Below, in pieces: positions 10,614-23,846 of a stretch of 64,000 nucleotides of DNA (its first letter is position 1; each line of letters starts with the position of its first letter). The DNA is from Antedon mediterranea (Eukaryota > Animalia > Echinodermata). The notes beneath the pieces are model-generated. The model was not told where the DNA came from. It searched no databases and was given only the letters and a program-made list of their open reading frames with translations. The position numbers were made by a program, and so were the translations under genes. The stretch spans positions 23,759,237 to 23,823,236 of the forward strand of contig NC_092672.1 of NCBI RefSeq assembly GCF_964355755.1. The letters are read 5' to 3'.

Positions 10614-11492
10614 ATTTTGTCTCCAAATAAATTTCCTTACAAATTTATTTAGTATAGTTATCCTAAATATAAAATGTAGTCAGTACACTATTGAATTTAT
10701 TGCAACTTTAATTGTTACCATGGTTACTCCTAGTTTTGACCTGGAGTACCACACTGTATTATCATTAAGGCACTTGTTTGGATTTGGACATTCCAATGCA
10801 TTGACTTAATTTGTACATTGTACAGTATAAAGTATTAGTAATACAGTAGCATTCACTGAGAGAAGTCCACAAGCTTTTATATGCTTTTTGTTTACAAGTT
10901 TCATTTCTTTTTATATCTTTGACGTGCCTCTATTTGAGAATCACAGTGTGTAAGTACATGTTAATTTATAATTGTTATTTTAACTTTTAATTAGGCCATA
11001 TATAGGTCCATATATACTATTTAATCAATCAAGTTACTACTTTATATAGTACTGGCTATATATGTACAGTATCTATTTTAATAATTACAGTCTACAATCT
11101 AGGACGATGATTTATTGTTAATTCATTCCTAGTCTTAATGCATATAAGGCATAATTTTACCATTGATGCCTAAACCTAAATTTGTTGAAATGTTATAGAA
11201 ATTAAAGATATTAATTAATTTAGGTTAGTATAGCAGTTATATATGATTAGCATTTACGTTACCTTTTTTGCTTAAACAGCTAAATACAATGTTTGTACGC
11301 TGTATTGCTATTTTTAATGTAGTCTAGATAATGTTTTTCTTTGTAATCCTCCACAGTTTTACCAATATAATATACTACGATACGACGCATAATAAACGTT
11401 AGTAACGAAACTCTAACTACTATATGTACATCTAGTGTCTTATTTGGTTATCTGGCTGTCTAGAAGACGCGACCGTTATCGAGGGCAGCACA
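10614..11492. other. 879-bp unclassified insertion flanked by the 6-bp direct repeat GGGAAT
   Basis: GGGAAT at 10608-10613 and 11493-11498; single copy at the left-arm empty site (~2640-2645). No TIR, polyA tail or ORF seen. Confidence 0.85.
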
Positions 11493-13073
11493 GGGAATCT
11501 CTAAAATACTACAAACATAACGATAAAATGGAGTTTGAGCAAATATTGATCATACCAACATAAACGGGTAAAACTAAATACAATACAACAGTAATTGAAA
11601 TTAAAATAAAACACTTGACAAATCATTGACAATAAAACTATTTTCTTTTCAATACGTTCATGACAATACCGCTTGAAAAAATCGCTACATCAAAAATGTT
11701 GTTTTTGAATGGTAGAGAGTGAGATTTTGGTTTACGGGTTATTTTGTTAGGATTAGTTGTTGTTATTTTTTCCAGTCCGATTCCTTGTACCATGCTACCA
11801 ACTATTTCAAAATTGACTTCCTTTGATTTTTGGAAATTTAAAGTCAAACAGTTTGTCTGAATCAAATTTTATACACATTATTTTTCCAAATCCATTCCCC
11901 ATTGTTCATCAATAACACTTACAAGTACCCAGTTTCGTTTGAATTTACGTTGAATGGATTTGTGTAATGTATATGTATCTTGCTTGCTCAGTCAGTCTTG
12001 AACTTGTCTCTTGGTAATATTTAAATCGTATTTTACCTTTTGATAAAGTCGGTCCACACCACCAAAACTATCAGGATGCTTAGGATCGTAATATACTTTT
12101 CTTAAGTACTCATCCATACTCATTACCCTCATTCACCCAAATGAAAATTAAAAAAATAAATAAAATACTTAAATAACACGCAAAGATCAAATTCATTTTC
12201 GTTGTTGTTGCTTTTATCATATTTTTAATAGTATGTTTCAACTTGACAGGTTTCTTATGGTGATACGGGTTTAACATAATATTCAGGCAATATAGTACCA
12301 GCCTTGCCATGGCCACCGGTCCTGAAAGATCTTCGAGATTATTTGAAAGAAGTTACAGGGTTCTACTTCAATTTTAACTTGTGGACAATAGCGCTACCCA
12401 TTTTTAATGGTAGAGAGTGAGATTTTGGTTTACGGGTTATTTTGTTAGGATTAGTTGTTGTTATTTTTTCCAGTCCGATTCCTTGTACCATGCTACCAAC
12501 TATTTCAAAATTGACTTCCTTTGATTTTTGGAAATTTAAAGTCAAACAGTTTGTCTGAATCAAATTTTATACACGTTATTTTTCCAAATCCATTCCCCAT
12601 TGTTCATCAATAACACTTACAAGTACCCAGTTTCGTTTGAATTTACGTTGAATGGATTTGTGTAATGTATATGTATCTTGCTTGCTCAGTCAGTCTTGAA
12701 CTTGTCTCTTGGTAATATTTAAATCGTATTTTTACATTTTGATAAAGTCGGTCCACACCACCAAAACTATCAGGATGCTTAGGATCGTAATAATATACTT
12801 TTCTTAAGTACTCATCCATACTCATTACCCTCATTCACCCAAATGAAAATTAAAAAAATAAATAAAATACTTAAATAACACGCAAAGATCAAATTCATTT
12901 TCGTTGTTGTTGCTTTTAAAAGAAAAAACACAACCTTTATTTTAACACATATTCTATTTCAATATAATTTACAACCATAATAATAATAAATTTACCGAAA
13001 AGAAATAAGAAATATAAAAATATGTAACATTAATTAAAAAAAGTGTTAAGATATTATTTTAAATTTGTACAAA

Positions 13074-13802
13074 TTACAATTGGTAAAGAATCTTATTAAA
13101 AAGTTCTGAATCATTTGTAATCAACTTTATGGCTTTAGCAAACGCATCAACATTTATACAACGTAAATGAAAGTAGTTTAGCGCCCATTCAAAATGGGTA
13201 GCGCTATTGTCCACAAGTTTCAATGCCAGAATTGGTCGAAAAAATGTTAGGAGTTGTTCATATCTTGAGCCGTGAAAGTTATAACGTTCAACCATGTCCT
13301 TCAGAATGAATATAAATTCTTCTATGAAAACCTTCTCAATTGTTCTCATTATCTCTTTGTACTCAAGTTCGGTAGTTTCTTTCTTAATCTCCGCCTCCAG
13401 CACAGGGTTCAGGTACTCTTCCGCAAACACCCCATCTTCTACCTCATCTTCTACATCGGCTTTTCTTGCCAGAAATAGGTGGTAGTCAACTACCGATGAC
13501 GTGTCGTCGTATACAATCCTCTCCTCTTCAGAAATTATTCTCGATCTATAATGTTCGTCTTCTTCAGTATTAGATACATTATTGAAATCAACGTTCATTG
13601 GAGGTGGGGGTTGAATCGCCATTAAACACGTCATATCCCCCATCTCTTCCCTCATCTCTTCCTCCTCCTTTGCTGTAAAATAGGCACCAGTCATAGCTAG
13701 TATGTCTTCGTCTTCAAATTCTGAATCACTGCTTATATATATAACATCTTCTTCGACATCAGAGTCCATAGTAAGATCAATTATTTCAATCACGGAACCC
13801 AT
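13074..13802 (-). CDS. Identical right-arm copy of the 242-aa SIM-containing acidic protein
   Basis: Translation identical to 336-1064 in the ORF track. Confidence 0.7.
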   Translation of the reverse strand: MGSVIEIIDLTMDSDVEEDVIYISSDSEFEDEDILAMTGAYFTAKEEEEMREEMGDMTCLMAIQPPPPMNVDFNNVSNTEEDEHYRSRIISEEERIVYDDTSSVVDYHLFLARKADVEDEVEDGVFAEEYLNPVLEAEIKKETTELEYKEIMRTIEKVFIEEFIFILKDMVERYNFHGSRYEQLLTFFRPILALKLVDNSATHFEWALNYFHLRCINVDAFAKAIKLITNDSELFNKILYQL

Positions 13803-14985
13803 AGTAACTAGTTGTTGGTTTTTGGTTGAATATGCTAAGTCTGTCAGGCTGTAGCGTTGTAGAATGAGGTAAAGATGACAAAATATTTGAGAGTTATATA
13901 CATTCAAAGGATTAAATTTGGCATTTACTGAATTTGTTTCAGCCAATTGTCATTGTTGTATTTCCTGTCGGAACATTGGGTCGAAGCGCCGTGTATCTTT
14001 TGTTTCATTAAGTAGCTTCCCCACACAGTCCATAGTAAGTTCAATCACGGAACCCATAGTAACTAGTTGTTGGTTTTTGGTTGAATATGCTAAGTCTGTC
14101 AGGCTGTAGTCAGTAGCGTCCCTCTTTACCCACTTTTTGTTTTATTTTAAAAGGAAACAAAGAAATCTTTTCGTAAACGTAACCAATTTAAATGAAAATA
14201 AAACTAAACATTGGAAAACAAAAATCATGAAAAATAGTGAAACTAACATCATGACGTTACACATTAAACTTTAGTATGTCAAACACCCCGTGTCACTGCT
14301 TTCGATTTATCCCCTTTGTTAACAAATCCGGAAGATGGTTAATTACCTGTCGGTATAGTTCAATCAAGACATACTTATTATTTAACTTCATTCATTCTTA
14401 TCTTTTTGTTTTAGTCATTGTTATAATATCCGGATCAAATAACTTATGTCTTTGGATTATGTCGGCATACATCAAGCAAAAACCTCAATTAACTAGTTTT
14501 AATTAACCAGGTGCATTTTTATTGACTATGACTAATTCAAATCTTACAAAAACTATATTGTCTCACTTCCTTACCCTATGTTAACTATTGTATTATAATC
14601 CGAAACATAACACCTATTGACTTCAACCATTGTAAACCATTTTGTTCTCATCACAAGCAACTAAATTACCATATCATTTTTATTTAATATTTATTAATTT
14701 TATATTATAATGTATAACAAATCTATATAACAATTCTAGTGAAATGATATACTCTATTGTCTTATACTATCCCCATTGTTAACCATTGTTATAACCACGA
14801 CTGACTATCCGTGTAACGATCATCTATATCACTGCCTGGAACAACAACAGTATCCTCACATTAGAAACACCTGGCGGATATTACGTAATCAGGAAATACC
14901 TCAAGGTTAACTTTGGGCTGAAGTACCTTATTTACTACTGATGAAGACAGAACATAAAAAGCAATGGACGGGAACAATAGAGAAA

Positions 14986-15094
14986 ATGGTGTTAGTATAG
15001 TGTTAGTATGGTGTTAGTTTGATGTTAGTATGGCATTAGTATGGTGTTAGTATGGTGTTAGTATAGTGTTTAGTATGGTGTTACTATGGTGTTT
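14986..15094. repeat. ~11-bp tandem repeat (TAGTATGGTGT)n
   Basis: About 9 degenerate copies visible. Confidence 0.85.
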
Positions 15095-15521
15095 AAAAAC
15101 TAATGACAAGATCAATCACCTGTAAACTGGTAACATTAGCATCAACTAGTTGTTGCACAAACTTCTTGCTGCTAATTTTAAGCAAATTTACAAGTTCTGC
15201 TGGAATACCATCCTAAAAACATCAAATGATACACAATAGATTAATTAGTAAATGAACATTCACCTGTGTACACTGCACATCAAATCTAATGAGCAAATAT
15301 AATGTATAATAGCAATATAAGGTTTCCATTCGAAGTAAATATTAAAAATTATTATTATTAAAAAATATCTCTGATAATAGGGCAGGAAGGCAAGTTGTTA
15401 AATTAAACTTGATGCAATTGTAATAATGGAGAGAATGTGTGTTAAATAGGTTGAAACACTCTTGTCGTTTTCCAAATAGAATTGTGAACCAATTCTTATT
15501 TTGATATAAAACTAGAAAGAT

Positions 15522-15987
15522 GTAGCCTAAGGCTAGGGCACGTACTCCAGACTGAAAAGTGATTCCAACGGGAGGGGGGAACCAACAAGATGGCGGCCAT
15601 AAATGTGTTAAAAACATTATTTATTATAAAAAATAATAATCTAACATAATACATTAAGACCACATAACACATATTCTTGTCAAAGCACAGTGAAGATTTA
15701 TAAAATTAAATATATTGTTAATCGCAATGGAATGAATAATTTCTGGTAATCTAGCAGTTTTTGTATACGAGGATCATATAGAATGCGTTCGCTTTTATAC
15801 GCTTAACACGTTGCGTTGCGTATCGTTCTCACGCGGATAGGCTCAACACAGGCATATAGCAGTGCGTACTGCGTAGGGCATATCTAATTGGTCGATTGAA
15901 ATCCGCTATTTTGTTGGTTCCCTCTCCATGGAGAATCACCTTTTGAACTGCGATAACATTGTAGTTTGACATCTAGCCTTTGGCTAT
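15522..15987. mobile_element. Degenerate MITE with TAGCC-type ends (possibly Academ-like)
   Basis: Left TAGCCTAAGGCTAG...GGAACCAACAAGATGGCGG is the imperfect inverse of right CCGCTATTTTGTTGGTTCC...CTAGCCTTTGGCTA. Confidence 0.5.
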
Positions 15988-16304
15988 ATAATATCTTTGT
16001 ATAAAACAAATATAAACTAATTGACTGCTGACCATTGTTTTTATTAATGACAGGCTAACCTTTAATTTGTTCCTATACACTATGTTGTATTCTAAAGTTC
16101 ATAGTTAAATTGTCTGGTACTTCCTCCTTGATCTCACAACAAGTTTTGAACAAATGAGCTAAAATAGTTTAGCAAAAGCAAAAGCTTTCCAACTTAAATG
16201 GTGTATCCTCTTCTTACATAGGTGATAGAGCATTACCTATAGCCACAAACAGCCAAAAAATATATTTTCCTGTGGTATTTATTTTCAGTTATAAGTAGTG
16301 TAGT

Positions 16305-16558
16305 GGAGCTGTGGCTTGGTGGTTATGATGCTTGGCTACCAATCTAAGGGTCCTGGGTTCAAGCCCTGTCATATGTCAGGGTTTTTTTCTCATGACAAAT
16401 TACAACTCCACTCCCAAAGACTTAATAATAAGTCTTTGTTTATGTAGAGCATCTTGTGTATATGTTTGTCTTGTGAAATTATTAAATAGTTTATCCATCC
16501 TGTAATTGGCGGGTTACTCGCTGTTGGATGAGTATGAAATAAAATAAAATAAAATAAA
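16305..16558 (+). mobile_element. tRNA-derived SINE
   Basis: A-box TGGCTTGGTGG, B-box GGTTCAAGCCC, 3' (AAAAT)n tail. Confidence 0.7.
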
Positions 16559-18883
16559 TTATGAGAAATGAGTTTAAACGAAGCAGATGCACTATTCCAT
16601 AATTGTAATGCTTTGAGAAACTATTTATGACCTTCTAACCCCCTTTTATGTGAATATACTGTAAAACTGGCTTTCAGTTTTAAGTATATTACCTTATTCT
16701 TTTCAATTACACTGACATGTGTGAACGAGATAAGTTTGCACTGCTGATGGTGTCATGAAGAAACTCACAAAATAAACTTGGATCTGAATGTCTGTTTAAC
16801 TTGCATTGCTATAAACAAGATAAACTTGCAATTAGTTCATAGAAAGTAAATGACATAATAACATGATTGTGATCTTAGATGGACAGTCTAAATCACTGGG
16901 CATACTATGCCTGTATGGTAAAAACCTCTGTTTCTCAAAATGTCAAATTCAAAATACAAAAGAGTTATTATTTTACAACGTACTGTACTACGATTGAGAA
17001 AGGCAAATTCTCAATACATATGATCTTTTTTTACAGCAGTTTATCTTTCAATAAAAAGACAAACTACAGAATACAGGTCTTTTCCAACCATAATTGGCGA
17101 AAAACTATGATAAATAATTTTTTGTATTTTGCTGTGGAATAGCAACACTTACTTGATTCATAAGTGCAAATATACTGATTTTGCCTTCAATAACATCAAG
17201 ACATGTTTTATTGTCAGTAAAGTCTTCAAATTTCCATGGAATTCCTTCAGATTAACAGTCATCCTAAAATAATACAAACATGGCTGTTTAATCAGCAGTA
17301 TAATTATGTTTATAAAGGTTCATCATTATCACTGTTAGAGAAAAAAAGTGAATGATAATTCTCATAACTTTAATTATTATTGTTATCTTAATTATTTTAT
17401 ATTATATTATAATTATACTAGTATTTTGATATTTTTTTTACAAGATTCGTTTGATATAAACTAAAAGAAGTGCCATATTATTTTTCTTCATTTTTTTTTT
17501 AAATAAAAGAACTGTTGTTATTATCACTTTAATAAAACACCGTAGCACCAACTGTATATTAGCATACTCTATATATAGAAAATAAGTTTGTTGGAATACC
17601 TGTTCTGCTTTGAGGAAGTTGTGCACAAAATGTTGCTGAAGCTTCTCATTTGCATAATTTATGCATAATTGCTCCAAACTGTTAAATGAAAAACTTTCAA
17701 ATCCGTAGACATCCAGTAGACCAATGTAAGACTGCCAACTCCTGGCCATGGTACAGCCATTGATGAATCCAACGAGCCAATCAAAAACTCTGAAACGTTA
17801 AACCATAATTTAGTCACAGTCTTCAAAGCTAGTTTTTTTTTTTGGTAAAACCAAAGTGGGGTTGAAAACGTTTGCATGTAAACATTTTCTCCTGTTACAT
17901 ACTAACTACATGACAAAGAAAGAAATTAGGCAGAAAGAAGTCGGGCCATGACAGAAAGAGAGATTAGGCAGAAAGAAGTCAGGCCATGACAGAAAGAGAG
18001 ATTAGGCAAGAAAAAAAATTAAATTAAATTGACTAAGTATTAGAGTTTGCATGTATGTATGTTTATTTAATTTTTGTGAATGTTTAAAGGTGTATGTACA
18101 ATTTGCTGTGGGCAATCCACCTCAGTGCAGACCAGCATGCATATGGGGAAGCAAATAAAAGTTATTGGATTTGTACAACATCTTCTGTGGGTTTGTTTTG
18201 AATGTATAACAGGTCAGTAAAAGGCAAATACTGCACAACAAGAATCATTTTCAAAAGAGTAAGTAGGTTTCTTTCACTACAAACAAATATAGCTTTAATG
18301 TTTGTAAAATACCTGGCATAGAGTAACTTTGCAAGACAATCTCTCCTTGTATGACATTCATCTTTTATGCAAGGTTTCATAAAGACACTCTTTCTACGCT
18401 TGTGAGATGCAGTGATTTGTCGGAATGCAAGACATCTAGTTAAGGCACCAACATCAAGACCAAGTAACTGTGCAGCAGCATTAACAGAGGTGTCAACTCC
18501 TGATGAAGCAACATAAATAGTACAACAATATGATATATTGAATAATTAGTAAATTAGAAAATCTTTCTTTGGCTGAAATATTTTATCAACATTTTTTGAA
18601 GATGGAGAAAAATATTAATAAGATTGTTTAAGATTTTAAAATGACATAATTATTAACGATATTTTTTTAGATATTTTGTGACCAACCTACAATAATATTA
18701 AGGTATTCCTTATGTCCGTTTTTAGTTATTTCTCATATATTATATTATGGTAGAAATAAAAACAAATTAAAAAATAGTAAAAAGATGTATTAACTGTTGA
18801 TAGAATATTATGAATCATAAATAAACGCCAATTTCCTTTAGATTAAAAATTCTAATAAAATAAAAAAGAATGAACAAACAGTA

Positions 18884-19358
18884 TTTAAGCTAAACTATAA
18901 ATACTGTATGCAATCTTAAAGGTCGCAACTACTTTAAGCTAAACTATAAATACTGTATGCAAACTTAAAGGTCGCAACTACTTTAAGCTAAACTATAAAT
19001 ACTGTATGCAATCTTACAGGTTGCAACTACTTTAAGCTAAACTATAAATACTGTATGCAATCTTAAAGGTCACAACTACTTTAAGCTAAACTATAAATAC
19101 TGTATGCAAACTTAAAGGTCGCAACTACTTTAAGCTAAACTATAAATACTGTATGCAAACTTAAGGTTGCAACTACTTTAAGCTAAACTATAAATACTGT
19201 ATGCAATCTTAAAGGTCGCAACTACTTTAAGCTAAACTATAAATACTGTATGCAATCTTACAGGTTGCAACTACTTTAAGCTAAACTATAAATACTGTAT
19301 GCAATCTTAAAGGTTGCAACTACTTTAAGCTAAACTATAAATACTGTATGCAATCTTT
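18884..19358. repeat. ~49-bp minisatellite, about 10 copies
   Basis: Unit ACTACTTTAAGCTAAACTATAAATACTGTATGCAATCTTAAAGGTCGCA. Confidence 0.95.
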
Positions 19359-19937
19359 TTATTGGTATAATACAGAAAATAATTAAACAGCATAACCTTT
19401 TATATCATTTACCTTGTTTTTCAGAATCAATTTCACATGGTCCAGTGACATCATCACTAATAAACTCTACATTTCCAAGATGAAGTATACCACTTAGAAT
19501 CTACAAATAAACACATTTTCAAATTCAATTCAATAATTCAAAAAATAGAATTATAACATTACTATTAGATTTATGTATAAAAAACATCAAAGTCTATTAT
19601 CACTTATTTATATACTACCATTGGGTTTTCATTACCATAAATTTGTAAAAGTTGTTTTGAATCAATATACTATCATGATTGTAAAAACTAGGTAAAAGTT
19701 CACTGATGTTTACTGTCCACATGTGCTGGATTAGTTTAACCAAGGCATCTAAACACATTGCTTTGGTTCAGTTAGTTCACTGATGTTTACTGTCCAAATG
19801 TGCTGGATTAGTTCAACCAAGGCATCTAAACACATTGTTTTGGTTCAGTTACTAATAATATCACCACTAAGTTTAACCATGTTTTACCAGTGAATTCACT
19901 CTTCTCTTGTAAAACAATGTTTGTTAAGTAACCAGTT

Positions 19938-20256
19938 CTAATTAAGTAAAAGTTTCTTACTTTAAATAATTCTTGTTGCTGTGACCTGCTAAGTCCAACA
20001 TTAGACATTGCTTACTAACTAATTAAGTAAAAGTTTCTTACTTTAAATAATTCTTGTTGCTGTGACCTGCTAAGTCCAACATTACACATTGCTTACTAAC
20101 TAATTAAGTAAAAGTTTCTTACTTTAAATAATTCTTGTTGCTGTGACTTGCTAAGTCCAACATTACACATTGCTTACTAACTAATTAAGTAAAAGTTTCT
20201 TACTTTAAATAATTCTTGTTGCTGTGACTTGCTAAGTCCAACATTACACATTGCTT
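19938..20256 (-). repeat. 81-bp tandem repeat (4 copies) made of a myosin exon 3' end plus splice donor
   Basis: Each unit reads ...GLS(K/R)SQQQELFK|gtaaga on the minus strand; period 81 (19961, 20042, 20123, 20204). Confidence 0.93.
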
Positions 20257-23249
20257 GCTTTGTAACTATAAAATCTTGTTTGTCCTTTTGATTACATGCA
20301 TCTTCTGAATGGTTTAGTGACACATACTGTAGTTTAAGTTGTCTGAACTCAATACATTTGGTAGTAACCAGTTCCTCATTTCCCTTTCATTTCCGCCAAA
20401 CAGCATCTATGATAATTTGAAAGAAGAAATGTTAATGATATTATTAAAAAGACTAATAATGAGAAAAATATAAACTAATAATATATTTCATGCTTTGATA
20501 ACATTAGTAGAGTGAGTGCTTTCTTGCGCTATATTACAAAATATTATAAAGTGACAATTTTGTTTCAAGATGTTTAATATCAGTACCAGAAAGATCCTTT
20601 TCATATCTGCCTACATTGATCTCCAGACTTATTACATGTTTTCATATTTACTCACGAACCTTGTGAAATCACGGGACAAGTATTGTCATTGTATAGTTGA
20701 TGGTGCTATCATTAAGTTTGTGAGAACAAAAAAGTCACGCTTCGATACTTTCAAACAGGTGTACGGTCAGTTAAATACTAGGACATACCCTTTGGTTGTA
20801 ATCAGGTTGTTAAAATTCTACTGATATTCACAGGGGCCTGTTTTTTTGTTTGTTCTGCGCTTTGTGTTTGCTATTAGCCTACTCACTTTAGAAACATGGC
20901 AACAGAAATAAATTGCAGGGTTTTTTCTAACCTGCAGAAAATATGCAAATGTATCACAGTTTCCAGCAGTTAAGTTAAACAGTTGGTTATCCGGTTTAAG
21001 GGTACACAAAAATGAAACATAACTAATACTAACTTGGTAAAAGATGTGAAAATTCCTGGCACCATCACATTGATAAAATAATGTATGAAACTTACCGACT
21101 GAATTGTAGCTGAATGTACTTTCCAAAGCGGCTACTATTGTGATTCCTGGTTGTGCTAGCATTGCCTAAGAAAATGAAATAATAGTTGTCTAACAGAGAT
21201 GGAGTTGTAGGGTACTGGGTGGCAAAAGATTAATATTACTGTATATATATATATACTGGTACAGGCCATCAAATATTGCCATCAATTGCAATTAATTCTA
21301 CTAGTCTTAATGATACCAAATCTGCCAAAAATTTAATTTGAGCATAAAATCTCACGAAATTCATATTTCGAACATACTGTAAGTTGGCCACTGCTCATCA
21401 ACAGTTTTAGCCTATATATTATATTAGGAGTTTAAAGGATTTTGGCACCATGACTGAAGGTTAAAGATATGCTAGAATTACAAAATGTAAAATCAGTACA
21501 CAAACTGCTTTAAATTAGCATTTTAAATTTCATTTTACATAAAGCGTTAATCAATTTTAGGTTAGGTGTAGCTTTATTTATTTATTTATTTTTAAATCAG
21601 TATGATACTTATTGACTTTTATATTTCAGTTTTCTCAGGGAAGAGTTAAATTACAATTTAATTTAACTCTTCCCTGGTTTTCTTGTAATTTTAATGGTAC
21701 ACTATCATTATGCTCATTTTTATTTGGTTCTCATCTCTTTATCGACTGTTCTTATTCTATTTTTTCTTTATCTGTTGATGATAATGATGATGAATATAGA
21801 AAATTTGATATATTGATATGATTTAAAAATGCTGATTTTGTATATTTAACAAAAATAAACGTCTAACTTCTAGCGATCTTTCTTAAGACCATAACAGTAC
21901 ATAGATGTTTTTACATTTGAGAATGACATGTGTATCTTACTGTACTTTATTAAAGATAAACATAATAATTACCAAATGCTTCAAGAATAGGATTTGAGTC
22001 TAATATTCTACGTTCAATGCAATCTGCTGGTGATGGTGTAAAACCACTATGAACAAAAAAGACAACAAGTTATCACAAATAAGTAACAAAACAGAGACAA
22101 ATCTATAATTATGATGAAATAAAAACTGTAATTTTACATACATGAGAGTGTTTAATGATATTAAATTAAATTTGTTTATTTGTATTATCCAGGGTTACAT
22201 ACTGTCACCATTGTCAGATTTTTTGTAAACATCTTGCATTCCATGTCTGTAATAAAACAATAATAAATAACAGAGAATAACAAACGTTTTTGTATTTTCA
22301 CAAAAAATATTGACAAACTGCCTTTGTGAAAATGGGTTGCCAACATTCCCTCTTTGCACGTCTGGCAAGCATTTTAGTGACATTCAATAAATGCTGATTT
22401 TGTAACAGTGTCCTTTGAAACAGTAAAAACAAATTATAGCACTCTCTATTACTTGTCCATGCTTTTAGCCTCTCTATTTTTATTCAAGTTTGGGCCTCTC
22501 CATTATTTCAAAATAAACAAGAAATGGTTTTAAAGGTAAAAAATTGACTCTGATTACATTGGTGAAAACAAACGTAAAACTGAAATTGTTGAATTACCTT
22601 TCCAGAACCACTTTCACCGCTGACAATTATTGACTGATTAATCTTGTCTAGTCTTCTAGTAAGATTACACAAAGCTGTTTCTGCAATTCCAAATACATGT
22701 GGTGGGTGTGCCTGAAAAAAAAAAAAATAAAGATGTATATTCCCCAAAAAAACATGAAAATGAGGATTAATAAAATCAAGCCATTTTGCTGTTTTAAAAA
22801 AGTTATTCATTTTAAAGAAATAAAAAACACAAATATAGTGTTTTAACTTTAAAAAAAGACAAAATTAATGGTTAAACTTAACCAAATGTTAAAAAATTAC
22901 AGTTTTTCAGGTAAATAATGTTTTTTTTTCCAATTTTTGGTCAAAGTAAATAACTACAGTATTACTATTAATGTGACATAAAATAGCATATTCAGCAAAA
23001 CAATTATCTTTTCAGAGGAGCTCTGCATATATCTCTAAGTTCTCACTTCTAAGTCAACTGAGGACATATTAATATTTTTGCCCAATATTGAAGATAAAGT
23101 GAAGTCAAGATTTTAATAGTGATGTCACCAACATATCAATTTTCCTAAAAATCAATAGTATACTAGCAAATCGTTGTTTACCTTTTGATCACTATGGTAA
23201 CGATGAATCATATGAACATCAAAATGTCCAGTTGCTTTGAAAGGATTTA

Positions 23250-23846
23250 AAGTAACGAGTGTGTTGCCAGTCTGAGTGTGGTATCTACCAGCTAAGTACC
23301 GCTCACGTAAACAGTTCAGCACTATGAACAGAAAAACTTTAGTTAAGTAACAAGTGTGTTGCCAGTCTGAGTGTGGTATCTACCAGCTAAGTACCGCTCA
23401 CGTAAACAGTTCAGCACTATGAACAGAAAACATTAGGTTAAGTAACAAGTGTGTTGCCAGTTTGAGTGTGGTATCTACCAGCTAAGTACGCTCACGTAAA
23501 CAGTTCAGCACTATGAACAGAAAACATTAGGTTAAGTAACAAGTGTGTTGCCAGTCTGAGTGTGGTATCTACCAGCTAAGTACGCTCACGTAGACAGTTC
23601 AGCACTATGAACAGAAAACATTAGGTTAAGTACAGTAACAAGTGTGTTGCCAGTTTTAGTGTGGTATCTACCAGCTAAGTACCGCTCATGTAAACAGTTC
23701 AGCACTATGAACAGAAAACATTAGGTTAAGTAACACGTGTGTTGCCAGTTTGAGTGTGGTATCTACCAGCTAAGTACCGCTCATGTAAACAGCTCAGCAC
23801 TATGAACAGAAAACATTAGGTTAAGTAACCAACGTGTGTTGCCAGT
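23250..23846 (-). repeat. ~95-bp tandem repeat (6-7 copies) made of a myosin splice acceptor plus exon 5' end
   Basis: Each unit reads ttttctgttcatag|TGCTGAACTGTTTAC... (VLNCLRERYLAGRYHTQTGNTLVT); only the last copy continues into LNPFK. Confidence 0.93.

Larger units (their letters stand above)
1..14137. repeat. Giant inverted repeat: left arm 1-5382, spacer 5383-5456, right arm 5457-14137 (with two right-arm-only insertions)
   Basis: Mirrored coordinates sum to 14138 (outer, e.g. ORF 192..1064 vs 13074..13946), 13253 (middle, 3570..3842 vs 9411..9683) and 10839 (inner, 5382 vs 5457). The steps of 885 and 2414 equal the two insertions exactly. Confidence 0.97.
1..14939. mobile_element. Palindromic, non-autonomous Polinton/Maverick (adintovirus-like) derivative; left end lies outside the window
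   Basis: Contains fragments of Polinton-type integrase, pPolB C-terminus and packaging ATPase, all mirrored in two inverted arms. ACTACT at 14934-14939 reads AGTAGTAAATAAGG on the minus strand, resembling a Polinton terminus. Host myosin exons begin just beyond (15120). Confidence 0.75.

Noticed and set aside
14986-15094. Telomere-like or terminal repeat of the Polinton
   Set aside because: Not TTAGGG/TTAGG and lies outside the candidate terminus at 14939; treated as an intronic minisatellite.
16305-16380. tRNA gene
   Set aside because: No complete cloverleaf, and it continues into a body and AAAAT tail; treated as a SINE.
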